A stretch of DNA of 34,930 nt. Source: Candidatus Caenarcanum bioreactoricola (GTDB taxonomy: Bacteria > Cyanobacteriota > Vampirovibrionia > Caenarcaniphilales > Caenarcanaceae). The notes under the pieces are model-generated. The model searched no databases and was not told where the DNA came from. It saw nothing but the letters and a program-made list of their open reading frames with translations. The translations under genes and the position numbers were made by a program. Positions 18,157 to 28,441 of the stretch are shown here, piece after piece (within the stretch, counting starts at the first letter, position 1; each line of letters begins with the position of its first letter). The stretch is taken from NCBI GenBank assembly GCA_001899385.1, contig MOYB01000006.1, positions 3,832 through 38,761 on the forward strand, given 5' to 3'.

Positions 18157-19260
18157 ATGAAATTAAAAATAAATTTTATAATATTATTAAGTTTAATATT
18201 TTTACTTTCCTCTTGTATTGGGCTAGGACAAAAGCCGGAGCCACAAGAAGAAATGGCAATGCCTGTTGAAATAATTACAATTAAAAAAACTTGGATAAAA
18301 GATATATCAAAGCATATTGCTGAACTTGATTCTAAACAATCAGTTAATCTTTTTCCAAAAGTAAATTCTCATGTACAAAAAATTTATGTACAATCTGGAC
18401 AAAAAGTTAATGCTGGAGATTTAATAATAAAACTTGATTCAGTACAGCAATCAATAGAAGTAAAAAGAGAAGGTGCTTCTAAAGATCAAGCGATTGTAAA
18501 TTATAATCTTGCAAAAGCTCAATATGATAGATATAAAAAACTTTTTGATCAAGAACTTATAAGTAAAGATGCTCTTGATCAGTATTATAGTAAACTTAAA
18601 GTAAGTGAAGAAGAAGTAAAAAAAGCAAAAGCAGAAGTTGGTAATAAAGAAGCAGAATTGGGATTTTATTATGTAAGATCTCCTATTGCAGGGATTGTTG
18701 GCGATATAGCAGTAAAACAAGGAAGTTATGTTGATCCTACTACGCTTTTAGCAACTGTCTCAAATATAAATGAATTAGAAGTCTATATAGAAGTACCTGC
18801 AGAAAAAATAAATTTATTAGATTTAGGAAGTAATATTGAACTTTTTGATTCAGAAAATAAATTAATAGGCAAAGCATCTATATTTTTTATTTCACCTACA
18901 GTTAATGATAATTTACAAACTGTTTTAGTAAAAGCTTTATATAAAAATTCTGATCATAAGCTAAGAAGTGGACAAAAAGTTTCTTCTCAAATTGTTTGGG
19001 AAGAAAGAAGAGGTTTTCTTATACCTGTTAGTGCAGTAAAGAGATTAGGAAGTGATAATTTTGTAATTGTTGCAGAAAAATCTTTAGATAAAAATAAAAA
19101 AGAAATTCTTCGTGCAAAAACTCTTCCAATAAAATTAGGAGATATTTATAATAATCAATATGAAGTATTAGAAGGATTAGAAGAAGATTTAATATTAGTT
19201 ATTAAAGGTGGAGAAAAAGTTTCTGATGGAATGAAATTAATGAATTTAGAAGCTAAATGA
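18157..19260 (+). CDS. RND efflux periplasmic adaptor (membrane fusion) lipoprotein
   Basis: Lipobox LSSC, lipoyl half-motifs VQSGQKVNAGD and VRSPIAGIVG, helical hairpin, IPVSAV and EVLEGL. Confidence 0.92.
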   Translation: MKLKINFIILLSLIFLLSSCIGLGQKPEPQEEMAMPVEIITIKKTWIKDISKHIAELDSKQSVNLFPKVNSHVQKIYVQSGQKVNAGDLIIKLDSVQQSIEVKREGASKDQAIVNYNLAKAQYDRYKKLFDQELISKDALDQYYSKLKVSEEEVKKAKAEVGNKEAELGFYYVRSPIAGIVGDIAVKQGSYVDPTTLLATVSNINELEVYIEVPAEKINLLDLGSNIELFDSENKLIGKASIFFISPTVNDNLQTVLVKALYKNSDHKLRSGQKVSSQIVWEERRGFLIPVSAVKRLGSDNFVIVAEKSLDKNKKEILRAKTLPIKLGDIYNNQYEVLEGLEEDLILVIKGGEKVSDGMKLMNLEAK

Positions 19261-20003
19261 AAATAGGAATTATTAGTTTAGGTTTAATAGGAGGTTCTTT
19301 AGCTTTAAGACTTATAGAACAAGGTTTTGATGTCTATGCTTTTACTACAAACAAAAATTTAATTTTAAAGAATGGGAAAGCTTTTACTAATTATGAAAAA
19401 CTAAAAGAATGTAATATAGTATTTATTTGTAGTCCTTTAAACAAAATCCTTGATATATTAAAAGAAATTCAAGTTTATATTACAGCAAATACTATTATTT
19501 CTGATGTAGGAAGCGTTAAGAGTTTTATTTGTAAAGAGGCGCAACAAATCATAAGATCTGATTGTGAATTTATAGGAGGGCATCCAATGGCAGGTACTGA
19601 AAAACAAGGTTTTGAAAACGCTTTCCCTAGTCTTTTTGAAAATAGAAGTTGGGTGCTTATGAAAGAAAATAAGCTTTTAGAAAGTATAATTCAAAAGACT
19701 AATGCAAATATTGTTTATACATGTCCAGAAAAACACGATCAAGCAGTTGCTTTTATAAGTCATATTCCTTTGTTATTATCACTTGGATTACATAATCTTA
19801 TTGAAAATATAAAAGATCCTGAAATAAAAGAACTTGCTCAAAATCTTGCATCAACTGGTTATGAAGGTATGGTAAGACTTGCTAAAGGAAATCAAACTTT
19901 AAATCAAGATTTACTATACTTTAATAAAGAAAATATAAATATTATTTTTGAAGAATTTTTACAAGAAACAAAAAATAAATATTTGAGTTCTTTAGGTTTA
20001 TAA
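19257..20003 (+). CDS. tyrA: Prephenate/arogenate dehydrogenase
   Basis: IISLGLIGGSLA, SDVGSVK, GGHPMAGTE, HDQAVAFISHIP. Confidence 0.93.
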   Translation: MKIGIISLGLIGGSLALRLIEQGFDVYAFTTNKNLILKNGKAFTNYEKLKECNIVFICSPLNKILDILKEIQVYITANTIISDVGSVKSFICKEAQQIIRSDCEFIGGHPMAGTEKQGFENAFPSLFENRSWVLMKENKLLESIIQKTNANIVYTCPEKHDQAVAFISHIPLLLSLGLHNLIENIKDPEIKELAQNLASTGYEGMVRLAKGNQTLNQDLLYFNKENINIIFEEFLQETKNKYLSSLGL

Positions 20004-20013
20004 AAATAGATTT

Positions 20014-21174
20014 TTATGTTGTATATTCTGCATTAATACGAACGTAATCATAAGATAAATCACAACCCCAAGCAATAGAAGAATGTTTATTTTCAAGATT
20101 TAATGCAAGATCTAAATTAATGAAAATTTCTTTATTTTCTTTTATTTTCAAAGAAAGCTCTTGTTTATTAAAATTAACTGGTTGACCATTTTTAAGAAGT
20201 ATTACATCAAATATTTTAAGAGAAGTTTCTTTAATATTAAAATCACCATATTGACCAGCAGCAGCTAATATTCGTCCCCAATTAGGATCATTTCCAAAAA
20301 TAGCAGACTTAACAAGAGAAGAAGAAACAATGCCTCTTGAAATTTTCTTTGCTTGTTCAAGACTTTTTGCTCCATTCACAGATACTTCAAAGATTTTATT
20401 TGCACCTTCACCATCTATCACAATTTTTTTTGCTAAATCAATACAAACTTCATTTAAAACAGCTTGAAATTCTTCTATATTTACTTCTTCATTAGAAGCA
20501 CCATTACTAAGAAGAATTACCATATCATTTGTACTTGTATCACCATCAACAGATATTTGGTTAAAAGAAATTTCATTTGCTTCTTTTAAAGCTTGTTTTA
20601 GATTATCTGTAGAGATCTTCGCATCAGTCATAATAAAAGCAAGCATTGTTGCCATATTAGGATGTATCATACCAGAGCCTTTTGTGATACCTGTTATTTG
20701 GCTGAATTTACCTAATTTTTTTGAAAAAACTTTTGTTTTAAGATCAGTAGTTAAAATAGCTTCACTAAAGTCTTTAAAATCTTGAGAAAGTTGATTTTTA
20801 AGAATTTTTAAACCTTGAATTATAAGTTCAGAATTTAAAGGTACTCCAATAATACCAGTACTTGCAGTTAAAATTTCATTTTGTTTTATATTAAAAAGCT
20901 CTGCACCAGATTTTTTTATGTTATTAATAGCCTGAATAGCAGCTTCACCAACACAAGCATTTGCATTGCCTGAATTTGCAATTATAAGTCTTATTTTAGA
21001 ATTATTATTTAAAATATTTTGATTATCCAAAACACATTGAGCTTTTACAGTATTTGTTGTAAAAACAGCAGAACAATTACAATCGTATTCAGAATAAATA
21101 ACAGCTAAATCTTTATTAGCTGATTTTTTTAGTCCACAAGCAATGCCTGAAGATTTGAATCCTTTTGGAAGCAT
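20014..21174 (-). CDS. argJ: Bifunctional ornithine acetyltransferase / N-acetylglutamate synthase
   Basis: NSGNANAC, STGIIG, KGSGMIHPNMATML, DGDTSTND, DPNWGRI, YVRINAEYTT. Confidence 0.97.
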   Translation of the reverse strand: MLPKGFKSSGIACGLKKSANKDLAVIYSEYDCNCSAVFTTNTVKAQCVLDNQNILNNNSKIRLIIANSGNANACVGEAAIQAINNIKKSGAELFNIKQNEILTASTGIIGVPLNSELIIQGLKILKNQLSQDFKDFSEAILTTDLKTKVFSKKLGKFSQITGITKGSGMIHPNMATMLAFIMTDAKISTDNLKQALKEANEISFNQISVDGDTSTNDMVILLSNGASNEEVNIEEFQAVLNEVCIDLAKKIVIDGEGANKIFEVSVNGAKSLEQAKKISRGIVSSSLVKSAIFGNDPNWGRILAAAGQYGDFNIKETSLKIFDVILLKNGQPVNFNKQELSLKIKENKEIFINLDLALNLENKHSSIAWGCDLSYDYVRINAEYTT

Positions 21175-21210
21175 ATATTATATAAAATTTATAAGTATCT
21201 TAAATTATAA

Positions 21211-21717
21211 CTAATTTGAAGTTGACTGATTTAATTTATTAATAAGATTTTTTAATTCTCTTTTTTTAGGGATATATTCTTCTTGCTTAGGACTTTCTAT
21301 TAAAGGCTCTGGAGCTTTTTTTATTTCTTCTATTTTTTGTACTTCTTCTTTGGTTTCTTGTGTTTGTATAAATTTATTAGCAAGTTGTTTATTTTGCATA
21401 GATTTTGCAATAAAAGAAAAATCTCTCTGTATAGGCGTTGATACTACTGTTGTCTCATTATTAGTGCTAGTAGCATTAACAACTTCTTCTGTTATTATTT
21501 CTGATCCTTGTTGATATCTAGATTTAAGTGTATTAAATTTAGAATTAGTATTTAAATCAATAGAATTTTCTTTAGGAGTTTCTTCATATACTTTATTAAT
21601 AATTAAAACTTGATTTTCAATAGCATTTAACGTATTAACACTTGTATTTATATCAAGTATTAAAATCTCTCCATTTTTTATAAAAGGAACTATTTTAATT
21701 ATTTTTATTTCATTCAT
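21211..21717 (-). CDS. Hypothetical protein
   Basis: Open frame; ATG at 21717 preferred over TTG at 21753 because a TATAAT (21737..21742, minus strand) lies between them. Confidence 0.65.
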   Translation of the reverse strand: MNEIKIIKIVPFIKNGEILILDINTSVNTLNAIENQVLIINKVYEETPKENSIDLNTNSKFNTLKSRYQQGSEIITEEVVNATSTNNETTVVSTPIQRDFSFIAKSMQNKQLANKFIQTQETKEEVQKIEEIKKAPEPLIESPKQEEYIPKKRELKNLINKLNQSTSN

Positions 21718-21849
21718 ATATTTATTAAATCCACAAATTATACATGTATTCAAGGGGTAATCAGCTTAATTTAAAAATCATCTATTTTATCTATGTTTTT
21801 TTATAAATAAAGTGAATATCAGGGATAGACTCTTATTAAATTTAAAATA

Positions 21850-23781
21850 ATGACTTCTATAGATAGCCTTTTTTCAAGTTTATTTTCTAATGCTACGGCT
21901 AGTAAAACTTCTAATAGCAAAACTACTTCTACTCCAACAACAACTAGTGCTAGTGATAGTTTTGAATTTGGAAATCCTAAAACATTTTTTAATGATACCA
22001 ATGCTTTTTTAAACAATCTTTTAAATCAAATTAATAATACAACTCCAACTACTACAGTTACTACTAAAACTCTTTATTCTTCAAAAACCGCTGAAACTTT
22101 AACTCTTAAATCATATAAATCAAGTAGATTACAAGTTAATCGTACTTATACAAAATCAGGTAATACTTATAAAGAAATAATATATATAACTGGTTATGAT
22201 AAAAATGGAAAAGTTATTGAAAAATATAAAATATATGGAGAAACTGTAAGTGGATCTTCTTCTACTCAAGTTAAAAATCCTAAAACAATTAAATTTACTA
22301 ATGGAACAAGTAGTTCACTTAGTAGCCTTTTAACTAATAATTCAGTAGATGGTATAACCGAAATACTTAATGTTGATGCAACTAATTCAAATGCTGCAAA
22401 TCTTAGTGTAGGTGTTGCTAAAAATAAAACAAAAATAGAAATAATAACTGACTCTACTGCACCTAATGGAAAATATCTAAAAATAACGATTCTAGACTCT
22501 ACTGGTAATGCTACTGATAAAGTATATAAAATAATAGGTACTGCTGGTAATCCTACAAGTGTTAAATTTACAGATCAGACTATTTCTGTAAAAACATTAT
22601 TGGGAATCGATGAACCTATTACTACTCAAACCGATGCAGAATATTTTGCTGAAATAAAAACAGCTCTTAGTTCAGTTATTTCAAGTGCAGGCATTACAGC
22701 AACTTCTTCTGCTAATGGAAGTCTTGATTTAACTTCTATGTTAAGCTCTGCTATTGCTAGAGCACAGTTTGAATATGCTGGCAATGCTACAAATGCAGTT
22801 AAATATAGTAGAAGAATATTATTAACGGGACTCACAGATGCTCAAAAAACAGCTCTTGCATCTTTCTGTACAAAATATCCAATGTTTGTTATAGAAGATA
22901 ATTGTCTTGTATTTAAGCCTTCACTTGATAATAGTTCTTTAGGTACTAATGCAGGAAAAGTTATAAATGGAGCTGGATTATCATGGAATACAATAAATAC
23001 AGCACCTTCTACTTCTACAGCATTAACAAATTATAAGACTTTCATGACTAGTGCTAATTCAATTATTACAGCACTTAAAGCAAAAGGAGTTGAAGTTTCT
23101 ATTCCTCCAATGGAATCAATACCTCCTACAGAAGATTGGTCTACTTTAATAAGTAATAATCTTACAGCATTACAAAATACAGTTGATGCTTATCCAGAAG
23201 AAATTGTAGCTGAATTAATAAAGAGTAAAAAATTAACTGTTAATATTGCATCAGCTAGCTCTACAGATCTAGGCTATACAAGTTCAACTAATACTATTAA
23301 AGGTGCAAATATCTATGATATAGCAAAAGACTTTGCAAAAGCAGTAGATGCTATAGTACTTAAAAATGTAGAAGATACAACTAGTTCGAGTTTTTATACA
23401 AGTTTAATGACTGAAATGGTTGCATTGTTCAATCTTCCTTCAGGAGTTAGTTCAACTGCAACTATAACAGAAAAATTCACAGCTATATATAATGCAATAA
23501 TTGCTAATAATAGTGATTTAACAAGTACTGCAACTACTACTTATATTACATCAATGCTTAAAGATAGTACTGATTCAGCAGCGTCTATTGCAAAGATCTT
23601 TAAATTAATGAAAGAATCTGGAACTACAGGAATAAAAGATTTATTTGCTAATATGATGGCAATTGGAGCTTCAACATATGATAATACAAATACTTTAAAT
23701 AAAACACTTTTAGAGTCTTTCTCTGAATCAATAGGTTATGTTGTAGATTTAGTTGATGCAAAAACAGAAGAATTAGCTTAA
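21850..23781 (+). CDS. Ser/Thr-rich probable secreted protein with an internal duplication and a possible degenerate zincin (anthrax LF-like) C-terminal domain
   Basis: 643 aa with extracellular-type composition and no Sec signal; two YKIxG...NPxxxKFT repeats; AKDFAKAVD resembles xHEFGHAVD. CDS is secure, product is inferred. Confidence 0.6.
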   Translation: MTSIDSLFSSLFSNATASKTSNSKTTSTPTTTSASDSFEFGNPKTFFNDTNAFLNNLLNQINNTTPTTTVTTKTLYSSKTAETLTLKSYKSSRLQVNRTYTKSGNTYKEIIYITGYDKNGKVIEKYKIYGETVSGSSSTQVKNPKTIKFTNGTSSSLSSLLTNNSVDGITEILNVDATNSNAANLSVGVAKNKTKIEIITDSTAPNGKYLKITILDSTGNATDKVYKIIGTAGNPTSVKFTDQTISVKTLLGIDEPITTQTDAEYFAEIKTALSSVISSAGITATSSANGSLDLTSMLSSAIARAQFEYAGNATNAVKYSRRILLTGLTDAQKTALASFCTKYPMFVIEDNCLVFKPSLDNSSLGTNAGKVINGAGLSWNTINTAPSTSTALTNYKTFMTSANSIITALKAKGVEVSIPPMESIPPTEDWSTLISNNLTALQNTVDAYPEEIVAELIKSKKLTVNIASASSTDLGYTSSTNTIKGANIYDIAKDFAKAVDAIVLKNVEDTTSSSFYTSLMTEMVALFNLPSGVSSTATITEKFTAIYNAIIANNSDLTSTATTTYITSMLKDSTDSAASIAKIFKLMKESGTTGIKDLFANMMAIGASTYDNTNTLNKTLLESFSESIGYVVDLVDAKTEELA

Positions 23782-23808
23782 ATTAATTAATAATTATATA
23801 ATGAAATA

Positions 23809-25020
23809 ATGGATTTATTTAGTATAAGTCAAACTAGAGATTTGCCTTTAGCAGAACTTCTTCGTCCTAAATCTATTAATGATTTTTTAACAGATAAAGA
23901 ACTTTTAGGAGAAGGAAGTCCAATATTTCAACTAATAAAGAAAAATCAACTTTTTTCAGTTATATTTTGGGGTCCACCCGGTACTGGTAAAACAACTTTG
24001 GCAAGAATAATTGCAAATAATGCAAATGCTGAATTCGTTGAATTAAGTGCAATTAATTCTGGTGTAAAAGAATTAAGAATAATAATTGATGAAGCAAAAA
24101 AAAGATTAAAATTTGAAAATAGAAAAACAGTTATATTTCTTGATGAAATCCATCATTATAATAAAACTCAACAAGATTCTTTCTTACATGATCTTGAAAA
24201 TGGTTCTATTTATTTAATAGGTGCTACAACTGAAAATCCTTCTTTTCAAATTATTCCTGCTTTGCTTTCTAGACTTCTTTTAATTAGACTTAAACCTCTA
24301 AGAAAAGAATATATTTTTTCTATTATTCAAAAAGGAATTAAACTTTTAAACGATATTAAAATAAATGAAGAAGCAATTGAATTTATAATAAATTATGCTA
24401 ATGGTGATGCTAGAAGTGCTTTGAATTTATTGGAGCTAGCGTTTAAAGCTTCTAATGAAGGGGAGATAAATTCAATACTTTTAGAAAAACTTTCACAACA
24501 AAGTCGATTAAATTATGAAAAAGGTGGAGATGGACATTATGATCACGCTTCTGCTTATCAAAAAAGTTTAAGAGGAAGTGATGCAAACGCTGCATTATAT
24601 TGGCTTGCAAAAATGATTATAGCCGGAGAAGATCCTCGTTTTATTGCACGAAGATTATTAGTTGTAGCAAGTGAAGATGTTGGTTTGGCAGACCCAATAG
24701 CACTATTAATTGCAAATGCAACGTTTGATGCGGTTGAAAGGCTTGGATTGCCCGAAGCAAGAATTCATTTGGCACACACAACTGCATATATAGCAAAAGC
24801 TCCTAAATCTAATAAGGCTTATAAAGCTTTAGATAAAGCTATGTTTGATATACAAAATGGTAAAAATTATCCAGTTCCTTTTCATTTAAAAGATAGTCAT
24901 TATAAAGATGCTTCTAAATATGGACATGGTATTAATTATGTTTATACTCATGATCAGCCAGATTTTCAACAAGAATTTTTACCAAAAGAATTAAAAGATA
25001 TTAAATATTTAGATGAATAA
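23809..25020 (+). CDS. rarA: Replication-associated recombination protein A
   Basis: PLAELLRP, WGPPGTGKTT, GATTENP, KSLRGSD, ASEDVGLADP, APKSN, VPFHL. Confidence 0.96.
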   Translation: MDLFSISQTRDLPLAELLRPKSINDFLTDKELLGEGSPIFQLIKKNQLFSVIFWGPPGTGKTTLARIIANNANAEFVELSAINSGVKELRIIIDEAKKRLKFENRKTVIFLDEIHHYNKTQQDSFLHDLENGSIYLIGATTENPSFQIIPALLSRLLLIRLKPLRKEYIFSIIQKGIKLLNDIKINEEAIEFIINYANGDARSALNLLELAFKASNEGEINSILLEKLSQQSRLNYEKGGDGHYDHASAYQKSLRGSDANAALYWLAKMIIAGEDPRFIARRLLVVASEDVGLADPIALLIANATFDAVERLGLPEARIHLAHTTAYIAKAPKSNKAYKALDKAMFDIQNGKNYPVPFHLKDSHYKDASKYGHGINYVYTHDQPDFQQEFLPKELKDIKYLDE

Positions 25021-25029
25021 TACCTAGTC

Positions 25030-25059
25030 TTGACATTAACATTAACAAAAGTATATACT
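25030..25059 (+). promoter_or_regulatory. Sigma70-type promoter TTGACA-N18-TATACT
   Basis: -35 at 25030..25035 and -10 at 25054..25059, 23 nt upstream of ATG 25083. Confidence 0.7.
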
Positions 25060-25082
25060 CACTCTTAAATATATGAAGTAAA

Positions 25083-25583
25083 ATGTTATTAAAAGTTTCA
25101 AATACAAATTTAAAATTACACAGTTTAAGAAAATTAAAAGCTGAATTTTTTCTTCCTACAAGAATAGTTAAACCAGTACATACAAGAATTGCACGATTAA
25201 TAACAAAATTTATTATAAAGGAACTTGAAGATGAAAAAAAAGATTCTGTAATAAATTTCCCTATTTCTAAACTTCATAATTTAACTTTAGATGGCGACTT
25301 TAGACTTATTATTAGGAATGAAAAACAAGAAATTCCTATAATGCTATATAGAGATCAAAGAAAAACTGAAAAAGAAATTAAAAGCGAAATTCTAGAAAAG
25401 ATATTTCATTCTTGCTATTGTTTAGAAAAAGTTTTAGCTGATGAAAAATATTATTTATCAATTCGTCCTAATTTTAGATATATACTAAGAAGACATAACA
25501 ATGAAAACGAAGATATTCAAATGACTCAAGAAGGGAAAGCTGTTTTAAATGCTTTGAAAAATAGTTTTTTAAGTGTTATTTAA
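25083..25583 (+). CDS. Hypothetical protein
   Basis: 166-aa ORF filling the gap behind a near-consensus promoter; no family recognised. Confidence 0.7.
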   Translation: MLLKVSNTNLKLHSLRKLKAEFFLPTRIVKPVHTRIARLITKFIIKELEDEKKDSVINFPISKLHNLTLDGDFRLIIRNEKQEIPIMLYRDQRKTEKEIKSEILEKIFHSCYCLEKVLADEKYYLSIRPNFRYILRRHNNENEDIQMTQEGKAVLNALKNSFLSVI

Positions 25584-26281
25584 TTTCCGCCAAGCATTCT
25601 TCGTTTAAATAAATCTAACTGTGAAGAAAAATTAAGATCTATTGCTCCGGATTTACCTTCTAAATAACAACTTCCTTTATCTATAGTTTCTTTTGGAATT
25701 ATCTTTATTTCAAGCAAATCATTACTTTTCTTTTTAATATATTCTGCATATTTTGTTGCTAAATCTAAGTCTAATGGATTAACTGAAAAACTTATTTTTG
25801 CAGCTTCATTTACTCCTATTTTTAAATCATCAAGTGCAGATTCCATAAGTCTATGTATTAATTTTTCATCTTCTTGAATTTTTTTATGTATTAATTTTTC
25901 AGTTAATTTAATAACTAAGTCAGTTAAAAATTCTTCACTTTCTAAAGCAACTTTTAATTTTATATTTTCAACAATAGCTATATGTTCTATTAATTCTCTT
26001 TCTTTTTCTTCTAATATTAGAAATGCTTCTTTTTCATATTCTTTAATCTGAATTTTTTCTTTTTCAATTTCTTCTTTTTCTTTTTTTAATTTTTTTATTT
26101 CAAGAGCTAATTTTTCTTTTTCAATGTTAATTTGTTCTTCTATTCTAGTTTTAACTTCATTTTCAATATCTGGCAAACTTTGTTGTGGCTTAGATTCTGG
26201 TTTATGTTCTGATAAAACAACTTCATCATCATCTAACTTAGGTATTGAAATTTCTTCTAAATATTTCTTTTTGATTAACAT
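25580..26281 (-). CDS. fliH: FliH/SctL family flagellar export stator protein
   Basis: Coiled-coil N-terminal half, then LVIKLTEKLI, SVNPLDL, IDKGSCYLEGKSGAIDLNFSSQL. Confidence 0.82.
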   Translation of the reverse strand: MLIKKKYLEEISIPKLDDDEVVLSEHKPESKPQQSLPDIENEVKTRIEEQINIEKEKLALEIKKLKKEKEEIEKEKIQIKEYEKEAFLILEEKERELIEHIAIVENIKLKVALESEEFLTDLVIKLTEKLIHKKIQEDEKLIHRLMESALDDLKIGVNEAAKISFSVNPLDLDLATKYAEYIKKKSNDLLEIKIIPKETIDKGSCYLEGKSGAIDLNFSSQLDLFKRRMLGGN

Positions 26282-26309
26282 AATTAATTTTTACCCAAAT
26301 ATCGTTATA

Positions 26310-28322
26310 TTAAAAATAACTATAATTTTGTAAATCAGCAAAATCAATATGCTCTATATATCCTGTACCTATACCAGTACCAGCTTCATTAAAATAATCT
26401 TCTATAAGTATAGTATTTGTACCAATAGTTATTAATAAATCATCACCTCCTGCATTACCATCTTGTTGAGTAAATATTGCAGAACTAAATGCAAAATCTG
26501 TAAGATCTATAGAATCATTGCCATTACTATCTCTTACTGTATCATTACCAAAATCATTTTGAAAAATATATAAATCATTACCTTCTTTACCAATAAGTAA
26601 TTCTCTTTCAGAACTAAAAGACATTAAAAGATCATTTCCTATTGTACCAATTCCTGCAAGTTCTTGTATAGGATTAGCATCTGCATCAAAGATTCGCCCT
26701 TTTATATTATAATCTGAAATATTATTTGAACTATTATAATCTAAGCTCTCCCATACAACTATAAATCCACCATTATCTAATGCCATTATTTTTGGATTTT
26801 GTTGATCTATACTATTGGGATTAGAAACAGGAACTAAAAAATCTTGTTTAATAATATTGCCATTTATATCAAATAAACTAGCTTTAACATTATAATGACC
26901 AGTAACTTGATTGATTTCATACCAAGTTACAACAAATCTATCATTTAAAAGTTCTGTAATTTCTGGATTGTATTGACCATAACTAGTATATGGAGTATTT
27001 GAAATATCAAATTCTAATATTTGACCTCCTGAATTAAAAACTTCAACTTTTATTACACAATCTACGCCATTAGAAAAATAATCTTGCCAAGCTCTTATAG
27101 AATCTCCATTATCTAAAATAAGAGTATCACTTTCTGTATTACTATTATTAGTAAAAGAATTACCTGCAAAATCATTACCAATAGGATTTCCGTCTGTATC
27201 AAGATAATGTGATATGAAATTACCATTTTCTAGCCATGTAATTACAAAACAATTAGCAATTTTTTCTATATGTGCATTTCTTTGATTACCTAAATTATTT
27301 ATTGGAATAAGAAAATCAGGCATATCAACAAGTGTATTAGTAATATCATTAAGCAAATTTATATTAATATTAAAATGTTGAGAAGCTGAAGAATCAAGTC
27401 CATCATTAGCAACAAAATCAAAACTTGCATTTGTAGTTTCAGAATTATCATGTAATATAGCTATTTGTCCAGCATTTATTTGTGCTTGTGTAAAATTTCC
27501 ATCACTATCTATCCATTGATTACCATTCCATTCTTGTATTTTTATATTTGAAGATAAATTATTTACTGTAAAAATCAATTCATTAGGACTAACAATATTA
27601 TCTGGATCTGTAGCCCTCATGTCAAAATTGCTTAAATTATTTATAATATATCGTCTAGCCTCACTAAAAGTTGCGGCTTTATCTCCAGTAATTATAGGTG
27701 CTTGATTTAATCTAATATTTTCTATTCTACCCGCTGTATAAAATCCTTGAATTGTAATTCCACCATCTGTAAAATCTAATGTTAAATTATTTCCGCTTTT
27801 AATCCACAAATCACTCTTAACTATAAAATTATCATTATTTTGTATAATACCGTTAATATTACCTATTAAATTACTAAGGTCTAATCTATCTAAACCTGCA
27901 TTATCTACTATTAAATCTTGTCCATCTCCAAGCCTATATATATAAACATCATTACCTGTTCCACCATAAAGCCTATCATTACCTGTTCCACCATTTAAAA
28001 CATCATTACCTGAGTCCCCATATAAATAGTCTTTATCACTACCACCATTAAGAGTATCATTGCCACTACCACCATAAAGACTATCTCTTCCACTTTCTCC
28101 GTTTAAGATATCGTTATTTGAGCCTCCATACAAGAAATCATTGCCTGTTCCACCATAAAGAGTGTCATCACCATTATCTCCAAACAAACGATCATTACCA
28201 GCTCCACCGTAGAGTATATCATCGCCATCACCACCTAAAAGCTTATCATTACCGCTACCAGCAGTAAGAATATCATTTGCATTACTACCTTTAATTAAAA
28301 AATTCTTTTTATATTTCGCCAT
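26310..28322 (-). CDS. Shorter paralogous RTX-family protein (N-terminal RTX repeats, one cadherin-like unit, about 4 propeller-like repeats, C-terminal RTX cap)
   Basis: GGxGND repeats; shares LSxLIG..GIIQN..NF...S..W.K.GNNL.L.F, FTQAQINAGQ and GNDLYIF..FGND.V.DS.G.DS.DL.DFA.S.A.FT.Q.GNA..GDDLLI with 7548..12542. Confidence 0.9.
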   Translation of the reverse strand: MAKYKKNFLIKGSNANDILTAGSGNDKLLGGDGDDILYGGAGNDRLFGDNGDDTLYGGTGNDFLYGGSNNDILNGESGRDSLYGGSGNDTLNGGSDKDYLYGDSGNDVLNGGTGNDRLYGGTGNDVYIYRLGDGQDLIVDNAGLDRLDLSNLIGNINGIIQNNDNFIVKSDLWIKSGNNLTLDFTDGGITIQGFYTAGRIENIRLNQAPIITGDKAATFSEARRYIINNLSNFDMRATDPDNIVSPNELIFTVNNLSSNIKIQEWNGNQWIDSDGNFTQAQINAGQIAILHDNSETTNASFDFVANDGLDSSASQHFNININLLNDITNTLVDMPDFLIPINNLGNQRNAHIEKIANCFVITWLENGNFISHYLDTDGNPIGNDFAGNSFTNNSNTESDTLILDNGDSIRAWQDYFSNGVDCVIKVEVFNSGGQILEFDISNTPYTSYGQYNPEITELLNDRFVVTWYEINQVTGHYNVKASLFDINGNIIKQDFLVPVSNPNSIDQQNPKIMALDNGGFIVVWESLDYNSSNNISDYNIKGRIFDADANPIQELAGIGTIGNDLLMSFSSERELLIGKEGNDLYIFQNDFGNDTVRDSNGNDSIDLTDFAFSSAIFTQQDGNAGGDDLLITIGTNTILIEDYFNEAGTGIGTGYIEHIDFADLQNYSYF

Positions 28323-28441
28323 AATTATAATTTTCCTTACTTAAAATTTTAAATATCTTAAAAATAGGGGTTATTATATAGATAAAAGAAATTTCCCTAA
28401 AAATTAACTAAGGCTTAACTCTTTTAGATTAAAAATATAAT

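Noticed and set aside
21718-21753. N-terminal CxxC (MNTCIICG) zinc-finger-like extension
   Set aside because: Depends on a TTG start and has no second Cys pair; the segment contains a TATAAT and is more likely promoter or leader.
21800-21830. Sigma28 promoter for the Ser/Thr-rich protein
   Set aside because: AGGGATAG is a poor match to GCCGATAA and the spacing from TAAA is wrong.
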